From Lama guanicoe (lineage: Eukaryota): a DNA stretch of 42,965 bases. Under the pieces are notes generated by a model. It saw only the letters and a program-made list of their open reading frames with translations. It was not told the origin of the DNA and searched no databases. Where the stretch lies: NCBI GenBank assembly GCA_013239625.1, contig MU053966.1:1-42965 (forward strand), in the 5' to 3' direction. Position 1 is the first letter of the stretch. Every line of letters starts with the position of its first letter. The position numbers and the translations under genes were made by a program. Positions 34,421 through 42,965 of the stretch are shown piece after piece.

Positions 34421-34608
34421 CGCGGTGGGGACAGGAGTCTGTCTGGAGGGGGCAGTTCCTGGGTGGTGGTGGTGGGGCAGTCACAGGGGAGAGTTTAGAG
34501 CCTCTTGGAGGAGCAGTAAGTAGAGAGGACTGTGGGGATGTGGGGAGGGGCTTGTCCCTTTTAAGGTGGTCTTAGAGCACATGTGCAAACTGATGAGCTG
34601 ATCCAGGA

Positions 34609-34824
34609 CAGGGGCTGGTAAACCGTGGCCCACAGGCCAAGGCTGGCTGCCCCCTGCTTTATAAATGAAGTTTTAATGGAACAGCCACACCCCTTTATTT
34701 CCGTATTGTCTCTGGCTCCTTCTGCTCTGCCAAAGCAGCGGAGCAGTGTAACAGAGCCCACGTGGTCACAAAGCCTAAAATATTTACTACCTGGCCATTG
34801 TCAGAAAAAGCGTGCCCTCCCCTG
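34609..34824 (+). mobile_element. MER58-type hAT-Charlie non-autonomous DNA transposon
   Basis: CAGGGG...CCCCTG termini; internal ataaatgaagttttaatggaacagccacac and aaagcctaaaatatttactacctggcc. Confidence 0.8.
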
Positions 34825-35669
34825 GTGGCAGAAGGATGGACAGGTGGACGTTGCCGGAGAGGGAGGAGGTTGAGATTCAGGGTGCATGAGTCTGGCCTTT
34901 GAGGGAGCAGGGACACTGCTTCCTGCACACTGTACACGGGGACCAGAGGAAAGGCAAGCCCCCGGGGACAGGACAGGTGCAGTGTCTGAGTCCTCGGCTG
35001 AGGGACAGGCTGTGTGTGGGTGGGGTCCCTGCAGTGCACACAGCAGTGCTGTTCTTGCTCTGGCCTGCCCATGGAATCCTCGTTTATTCTGGTCTGTTGG
35101 GAGAGCTGCATGGAAATCCGTGGTAGGAACAGTTGTGGCCACAGGTGACCTGGGGTCGTCGTGCCTTTTCCCTGGTGACTGTCACACCTGAGCGCTCTTC
35201 TCCTGTCTCTTGTCTGCGGCACTGGAATGAGAGGTGTTTTGTGCTTCTCTTAAATCTTTCCTCTTACTTTTCTCTCTTTTTGAATTTTTAGAATATTTCA
35301 GAGCTGATTTTGTCCTTAGATCTTTTAGTTAATTTATTGGTTAAACAGAGGCCCAGAAGATGGAGTAACTTTTCCACAGTCGTAAAGCATGTGGCACAGC
35401 TGGAGTTGGACTTCAGCGTGCTTCCTTGGATGCTGCAGTGCCAGACTCGGTGATTCTTTGAGGAGTGTGTGCGTAGTCTCACGCAGCGCTCAGGGAGCAC
35501 CTCCCAGAATACAAGCTCGGGAATGACCGCTCGGGCCAGGCAATTGTTAATATAAATTCAATTTCCAGGCTAAATCAGACTTTCGAAGTGTGGGGAGCAG
35601 AGGTAAATAAGATATGACCCCTCTTCGGTACTTCTGGGGTATTGGGGATGGTTTATGGCAAACGGGGAG

Positions 35670-36300
35670 CGGCCAAGTGGCGGGAGGCTCTTTTCAGCCA
35701 GGAGGACCAGGGCCCAGCTGATTTCAAGTGCCGACCGGGCCTGCGAGCACACTGCAGCGGCGGGGCCCGACGTACCTGCCTCCGACGTTTGTCTTGGACG
35801 TGGACACACTGGAACCCGTGGTTAAATTGATGGAGTGAGTTGGCCCCTAATTCTGAGAGTGGGGACTTTCTCTGTTACGTCTGAACGACCACCGAGTGGC
35901 CTGACGGCCGAGCAGTGCTGGCGGGCTGGGCGAGCGGCTCACCCGGGGCCTCGCGGCTCGTGGGGGCTGGCAGGCGCGTCGGTCGTAGCCCGCCGAGGGT
36001 GTGCCCGTCACTGCCCCGTCCTGTGAGCGGGCCGGGCCAGCCACACGCTAGTCTGTCTGCCGTTGTTTTCAGTGTCCGGCTGAGTGTTCCCTGACTAGGG
36101 AGAAGGGTCCGATGAAGGCACCTCGGCCTTGCAGTTCCCTTTGTCTCGCGTGGGCTGTGGTTCCGGAGGAAGGCGCGCTCCCAGCTGCTCTGCCGCACGC
36201 GGTGAGCTTCCCCACGCTCCGGGGTGTGCCGGGGGTGTGCGCAGAGATCTCACGGGCAGAGCCCCTCGAAAGGATGACGCCAGTCTTCTGTGCAGAGAAG
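35670..36300. promoter_or_regulatory. Intronic CpG-rich patch in SNAP47 intron 1, candidate alternative promoter/first exon
   Basis: Locally high CpG density; donor-like GCG|GTGAGC at 36201/36202. Confidence 0.4.
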
Positions 36301-39300
36301 GTCAGGGGTTTTCAGCAGTGAGGAGATCTTCGTCAGCTTCCCAGTGACAAGGAGCATGGGTCTCCTGGCTCCTTCACAGAGGCTGCTGAGCTGAGGGCAC
36401 GAGGTTGTTTGTTTGCTCAGTGTGTTTTCATTGTTGAGTTTCCCTTGGCCTGGTGTTCATCATGCTGGCTAAGACCGCGGGTTCTTGAGTTCCTGTCTTC
36501 TTGGGCAGGTTTCGACCCCATAAGCCTCAGGCTCCTCTGTGACGCAGGGTGGTCATGTGAACCGATGCTTGAGAAGGTGGCCCCGGGCCTGAGAGGGGAA
36601 AGTCTCTGCTTCTTCCTGCCCCAGGCCTGTTACATCCTCCATGGAGGGGGCTTGCCTTCCGTGTGGTCTTCATCTGGAGCAGTCCTTTTTCCACCTTCTG
36701 TTTGTCCTTTTCAGTGTAAGAATATGCAATCTTGTTGCTTATCTTTAAGTGTGTGTGTTCTGTCTCCTTACCTCCATGCCCCTCTGGTGCCTGCATGATT
36801 TTGTAACTCCTTAAATATGTAGGTCCTAAGGCCATTACTTTGTCAGAATTGAAACTAATGCAAAACACTTGAAGATGCTAATACCCCTGTGAGAGTGTTG
36901 GCCAGGCTGTCGGTGGTCTTCTGCCACTGCTGCCGTGGCCGGGCTGTGCTCGCTCGCCTGTAAGTGTGGCGAGTTGGGTAGATGATCTCTGTGAGCCCTC
37001 CAGCCCTGACGTCTTTGTATTTATTACTTCCAAGTTCCATGTTTTGTTTTGCAATGATGACAAACTTCTCAGGCTTAATATGGCAGCTCTCTCGTAGGCA
37101 TGTCCTAATTTCAGGTGTTAGTAGCGAGCAGAGCTGGTATGCGGGGCTGGTTTGTAGCATGAGTGACAGGAGCTGCTTGGCGGGATGCACACCTGGAAAG
37201 CTCAGGCCTGCCCTTCCTTTTGTGATGAAGAGAAGTTCTAGGATGGACTTGGGGAATACTTCCGTCTCATTGCTGTAGGGGTTAAATTTATTTCTTTTGT
37301 TTTGGAATCAAGTTGGCTTTGCTTTAACCTTAATTTTGTTTACATTGGGCATGTTCTTCCTTCGTCTTCTCTTTTTTCACTGTCATGTTTGTTTGTTTGT
37401 GTTTGTGGCCAGGTCCTTTCAACTCTGATCAGACGGTGAATGAGATTAGATGGCAGGTTCTGGGCATGGCAATGCTTTAGGGGTCGTTAAAGGAACAGGA
37501 TTGAGGAGACTGTAAGCTCCTCACATCCTGCTAGACCAACTGGGTCAGTTCTGTGCAGGCTGTGTGCAGTTCGTGGTGCCTGCAGTAACACATGCAGCTT
37601 CTGGTAGGTGCCGGACACTCTCCTGAGCTCCTTTCAAATACCAGTTCAGTTAAGCTTCACACCCGCAGTGTGGGGTAGCAGGTACCATTGTCACCCTCAC
37701 TTGCAGATCGGGAAGCGGAGGCAGAGGGGCAGGCAGCCGGGCTGTCACAGGTGAGCGGCAGCACCTGCCGCATCCCCACGAGAGGCGCACATGCAGCCTT
37801 CCAGCGGCGCTGCTGCCCGAGGCGGTGATCGCAGGCGTTTCTGAAATTGTGCTCACTGCTCAGCTGAGATGCAGGTTTGGTATGTATCTCATGTGTAAAT
37901 TTATTATTAATTTTTAATACAATTTTATATTGTTAATAAATACTCAGTAAGTCTTTCATTGAAGTATTAATGCGAAAAATGAACAAATCATTAGAACAGA
38001 AAATGCACAAATCTTGAATTAACACAAAATGGGCACACCCAGAGCAAGAAATGGAACATTCCAGCACCACAGAGTTCCCCCGCAGGGCCTCCCTTCTCCC
38101 CAGTTAGAACCGCCATTCTGACTTCTTGTTCCTGAAATTTTCTTATACTTATTTTTAAAGTAAATTAAAGTTTGGGGAAAGTTTTCATAATTCCCTTAAG
38201 TCAAGTAGAAACATCCCCGGTGTTGTTCATTGATAGAGTGGGTTCTTGGAGTTTGCTTCCTAAACATTTAGTTTTAATAGGAATATTCTGGTATGAAGAA
38301 TCCATGCCCAAGAGCAGGACGGTCTTTGTGGCGCATGTCACTGTCAGGAACCGTGGAGGGTCTGGGACTTATTGCAGCTGAAGAGTGAACCTGGCACAGC
38401 TTGGTAGCCGTGGCAGGAGACAGGAGCCCTTCGGTCAGAGAGAAAGGGCCTGTTACCATGGCCCCGCAGTGTCGTGTGTGCACCTGCTCCCCTTGCCCAT
38501 CCCCGGTGGGTGCCGCACATACCTTGGGTTTGTATCACAGCTTGTGGGGGACTGCTAGCAGACCTGCCAGCCTCTTGCCTCCAAGGGGACCCCACCCTGT
38601 TATCCTGGTCAGGAAACATCTTTCAACCAAGAGGGGGACGCTGTCCACAGTTCCATGAAAGATAGTCTGGGACATAAGTTATGGAGAAACACCATGGAGA
38701 ACTGCCTCCCAGTAATGTCTACACCTTGTTTCTGTATCATCTTGGCTTCGATGAATTTCCCCCAATCCATCAACTGCTCTGATTGATCTGGCCTGGACCA
38801 GGTCGGTGCGGTTTGTCTCCAACAGTGTTTAGTTAAGGCCACCACTGGTAGGACTCTAAGCGGCGGGCTGAGGCCAGCCTGCAGCATTGGCTTCAGCTGT
38901 GCTGAGGGTCTCAGCTGGGCAAACACCATAAACCGTGAGCGTCTGTTCTGTTCCTTTCAGTCACGAAGCGTTTCCTGAGTTAGGATTATGAGTAAAACCT
39001 GGTCATTGCCCTTTGCGAGCTTGCAGTCAAATAACAAGTGGTCATCCTGCCGCTGAGCAGGCACAGTAAGGAGACGCAAGGCCTACACAGCCCCAAGGCG
39101 GGGGGAGGCAGGGGGCCGCTGGGGGCCCTCGAACTCTGGAAAGAAGACCGTGGTGGCAGTGGGGGTGCTTTGGCGTCCCAGAGGCAGGGGACCAATTCGA
39201 CTGCTGCTGTAGGCCAGCGAAGACTGCCTTACGCTTCCTGACCACGCCTCCAGCCCTGAGAGCTTCGGGGTTGTGTTTGCATTCACTCCATAGTTGACGG

Positions 39301-39960
39301 TGCTTCACCTAATCTCAGATCACTTTGTTTCTGTCTAGTTAGGGGTCTCAGTTCAGTGCAAGTTTTCAGGGGCGGGTACTGCCTTTTTTTGCTGTCTGGC
39401 CTTGTGTTGCCTGAGGCAGTGCCCAGTACGGTAATGACACTGAGGACTCCGAGTCTTCAGAACACAGCTCAGTGAGGAAGTTTGTAGAATTCCGATGGAC
39501 TCTGAGCTCCCTGAGGCAAGGACTGTGTCATTGTTGTTTCTTTTCTACCTGCAGCCCAGCCTGGCACGTGGGGGGAGCGTGAAACCTGCTGGACAAACGC
39601 AGCCAATCCTTGTGCCCATTCTGTGAAAGCCCACACATGTCAATGTCTTTAGAGATAATATTTCTTCTATTTTTGTGAGTGAGGTCATGTCATAATTAAC
39701 GTTTGTGAGAGAGAAGAGGGAGAGAGAAGGAGGGAGGGAGAGAAAGAAGGAAGGAAAAGAAAGGAAGGAATGCCTCATTGCGGGGGGCCCTCTGCTGGGA
39801 CGGGCGCTGAACTTCAGGCGTCTCCAGGCCTAGTTCTGGCCACGCTGATGTCATGAGCTTCTGGACTGGCTCTGTGCAAGGCCCTCGCCCTTTCTTGGTC
39901 TTATATTTACTTGAACTAAGCGTTCTACAGGGTTGTTTCAAGCCTGTCAATCATGACTTT

Positions 39961-40168
39961 TTTGTTGTTGTTGTTCTAAACATTTTTTATTGAGTTACAA
40001 TCATTTTATAATGCTGTGTCAAATTCCAGTGTAGAGCACAATTTTTCAGTCATACATGAACATACATATATTCATTGTTACATTTTCTTCGCTGTGAGCG
40101 ACCATAAGATCTTGTATGTATTTCCCTGTGCCAGGCAGTATAATCCTGTCCATCTATTCTACATTTTG
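39961..40168 (-). mobile_element. Camelid-type L1 3' fragment with imperfect target-site duplication
   Basis: T/TTG-rich tail; flanks AATCATGACTTT (39949) and AATCATTGCTTT (40169). Confidence 0.75.
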
Positions 40169-40839
40169 AATCATTGCTTTTAAAAATGCATTGATAAATG
40201 CAAACTGTAGATATAAATAGTACATCTCAATACATACAACTTTGTAAAAGTGTCTATAAAAATATGTACACATAATTATATAACTAGGCAGACTCTATAA
40301 GATTAGTTGGGCTCACAAAAAGGGGGAAAAGTTTGTCTGTAGGATTATTTTCTCTATAACATACATAAATTTATAAAAATTTCAAGAGGAAAATGTTTAG
40401 AAACTTGCATGTAGTGTGTAGTTGATGGGGGTCATCCCAGCCAGAATGGCTTTCCTGTGAAGAATTCTAGGGTGATGGGTTCCAGTGAATTCCTTCCTTC
40501 AGTCACGTCCGTCTTTGGACCCTGGTCCCAATAGGGGTGCTCTGGTGGGTGTGGGCCCCTGGGGACAAGCACAGATCTGGTCCTGGCCCTCGCCTCTGCT
40601 TGGTAAGGCAAGGTCTTCATCCCACCTGTCACAGGTGGTGTCGAGCCTTTACCGGGCAGACCTGGCCACGTGCTGCAGTCTCTGGTGCTCAGAATCCCAG
40701 TCACACCCCTGCTGTCGGTGTCCAGGTTTCTCTAGTCCAGGTGTGATGATACGTTTAGCCTCGCTTACCCACTAATTTGTCCCCTCTCCTTCAGAGGCAG
40801 AGTGGCCTTGGCCAACGTGCGAACCAGCCCAGGAACCAG

Positions 40840-41339
40840 ATGAGCAGAGACATCTGTGTCCACACCTGGCCATGCTCCTATTATTTAGAACTTGAGAAGC
40901 GATGGATCCCTGGAAAACTTTCATTAACTCCTCTCTCACTAAAATTTATGACTGATAAAACTGGAGAGATTCTTGTCAACTTTCCGCTTACTAGTATAAT
41001 TGAGATCAAGAAAGAGGCTTCTCATTTTATCTTCAGTTCTGTCACCATCCTGGAGAAGGACCACATCAAGCACTGGTTCAGTTCCTTGCAGCCTAGTCGA
41101 AATGTTGTTTTCAGCATCATCGAGCATTTCTGGAGAGAGCTGCTGCTGTCCCAGCCGGGAGCTGCTGTCGAGGGGTCCTCCTCCCCCGCCACCAAGGGGA
41201 AGGAGCTGACTTGTCTGATGGCCTGTTCCCAGAAGCGTCTGGAAGACACAACCAGAGTCCTGCACCATCAGGGCGAGCAGCTCGACAGCGTAGCCAGAGG
41301 CCTGGACAAGATGGAGTCTGACCTGGGCGTGGCTGACAG
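40840..41339 (+). CDS. SNAP47: SNAP47 first coding exon (PH-like N-terminus and start of first SNARE motif); exon begins at 40795
   Basis: Acceptor TTCAG| at 40794, ATG at 40840; MSRDICVHTWPCSYYLELEKRWIPGKLSLT...SQKRLEDTTRVLHHQGEQLDSVARGLDKMESDLGVADR; donor AG|GTAAG at 41339/41340. Confidence 0.96.
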
Positions 41340-41489
41340 GTAAGCCCTGTAACCCTGGCCCGACCCTTGGATGGCTGTGGTGTGGTCTCTTCTCCGTCAT
41401 CCCACGTTTACTGTGCGTTCAGCATTCTGACAATGCAGATTAGGCCCCTGTGGGGGACGCTGGCTTCGGGCAGGCTGCTCTGGGCGTAC

Positions 41490-41760
41490 AGATAATGAGG
41501 GCCAGCGTTTACTGAGGGTACGGTGTGTGCTGAGCGCAGTTGTCAGTGTTAGTGAGGATTGCCTCATTTAGTCACCAGGCGAGCCAAGAAGAAAGTGCTG
41601 TTCTTCACATCCTTTTACCCACGGGTACAGTGAGGCTGCGAGGTCAGGTAAGTTGTCCAAGGTCACGCACACTACGTTCGCTAGCATAGCTTACCTATTT
41701 CTTTTACACAGCTGTGGACGAGCAGGGTTTGAGCGGAAGCATTTTAGCCTCAGAAGTTGC
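41490..41760 (-). mobile_element. MIR SINE fragment
   Basis: catccttttacccacgggtacagtgaggctgcgaggtcaggtaagttgtccaaggtcac MIR core-like sequence. Confidence 0.6.
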
Positions 41761-41849
41761 TGTCTTCGGTGCTGCCCCAGCCACTCCCAAACCTTTAGTC
41801 TCGGGGACTGCCCCTCCCCGCTTGTAAAAGTTGACCCGGAGAGCTTTTG

Positions 41850-42601
41850 TTTACATGGGTTATGTACACCAGTGTGTACCATACTGTTGTTAGCTGAAGT
41901 ATGTTTGATTTACAGTCTTACGTTAGCTTCGGGTGTGCAGCAGAGTGATTCAGTTATACGTGCACATGTGTTCTCTCTCAGATTCTTTTCCATTACACTT
42001 TATTACAAGATACTGAATGTAGTTCCCTGTGCTGTGCAGTAGCTCCTTGTACTTCATCTGTCTTATACATATTAGTGTGTATCTGTTAATTCCAGACTCC
42101 TGATTTGTCCCCCTTTGTTCCCCCTTGGTAACCATCAGTTTCTTCTCTATGTCAGTGAGTCTACTTCTATTTTGTAAGTAAGTTCATTTGTTTCATTGTT
42201 TTAGATTCCACATACAAGTTATATCATATGATATTTGTCTTTCTCTGACTGACTGACTTCACTTAGTATGACCATCTCTAGGTCTATCCATGTTGCTACA
42301 TTTTTTAAAAATTGGAGTAGAGTCAGTTTACAATGTGTCAGTTTCTGGTGTACCACATAATGTTTTAGTCATACATATACAGACGTATATTCCTTCTCAT
42401 ATTCTTTTTTATTATAGGTTACTACAAGATGCTGAATATAGTCCCATGTGCTATNNNNNNNNNNNNNNNNNNNNNNNNNNNNNNNNNNNNNNNNNNNNNN
42501 NNNNNNNNNNNNNNNNNNNNNNNNNNNNNNNNNNNNNNNNNNNNNNNNNNNNNNNNNNNNNNNNNNNNNNNNNNNNNNNNNNNNNNNNNNNNNNNNNNNN
42601 N

Positions 42602-42633
<32 letters not shown>

Positions 42634-42965
42634 TTCCACGTGTAAGTAATGTCTTATGGTATTTTTCTTTCTCTTTCTGGCTTCACTTAGAATGACAATC
42701 TCCAGGTCCATCCATGTTACTGTAAATGGCATTATTTTATTCTTTCTTATGGCTGAGTAATATATACAATATTCCATTGTATGTATATATATAAACCACA
42801 ACTTCTTTATCCGGTCTTCTGTCAGTGGACATTTAGGCTGTTTCCATGTCTTGGCTGTTGTAAATAGTGCAGCTGTGAACATTGGGCTGCAGGTATCTTT
42901 TTGAATTAGAGTTCCCTTCTGATATATGCCCAGGAGTGGGATTGCTGGATCACATGGTATTTCTA
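41850..42965 (-). mobile_element. Nested L1 3' ends (older L1 plus younger camelid-type L1 with ORF2 C-terminus), includes N gap 42455-42601
   Basis: Minus-strand remnant MFTAALFTTAKTWKQPKCP...WMDLEIVILSE is the L1 ORF2 C-terminus; two separate 3' UTR starts at ~41850 and ~42300. Confidence 0.88.

Noticed and set aside
1..42965. rRNA (18S/5.8S/28S/5S) or tRNA genes accompanying the Sal-box array
   Set aside because: No conserved rRNA or tRNA sequence was recognised on either strand by eye. A covariance-model search would be needed to exclude very decayed pieces.

Overview
Mammalian genomic DNA, probably camelid (inferred from the lineage-type L1 3' ends), from a gapped draft assembly. The right two-thirds hold the head-to-head JMJD4 (minus strand, complete, 6 coding exons, 424 aa) and SNAP47 (plus strand, candidate non-coding exon 1 and first coding exon) pair around a CpG-island promoter. 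This part also has ordinary interspersed repeats and several near-identical duplications that are probably uncollapsed haplotypes. The left third is unusual. It has a frameshifted ADCY1-like pseudo-exon, L1 and hAT fossils, a solo ERV1-type LTR, and a ~7.6-kb head-to-tail array of degenerate 58/67-bp units. Undoing CpG decay in these units gives a CpG-rich monomer containing GGGTCGACCAG-CTG-TCCG, the RNA polymerase I terminator 'Sal box' bound by TTF1. The array therefore looks like a fossil rDNA intergenic-spacer terminator array of roughly 125 units lying ~6 kb downstream of JMJD4. A GA-rich tract and a CpG-decayed (CCGGAG)-type hexamer tract follow it and may belong to the same relic.
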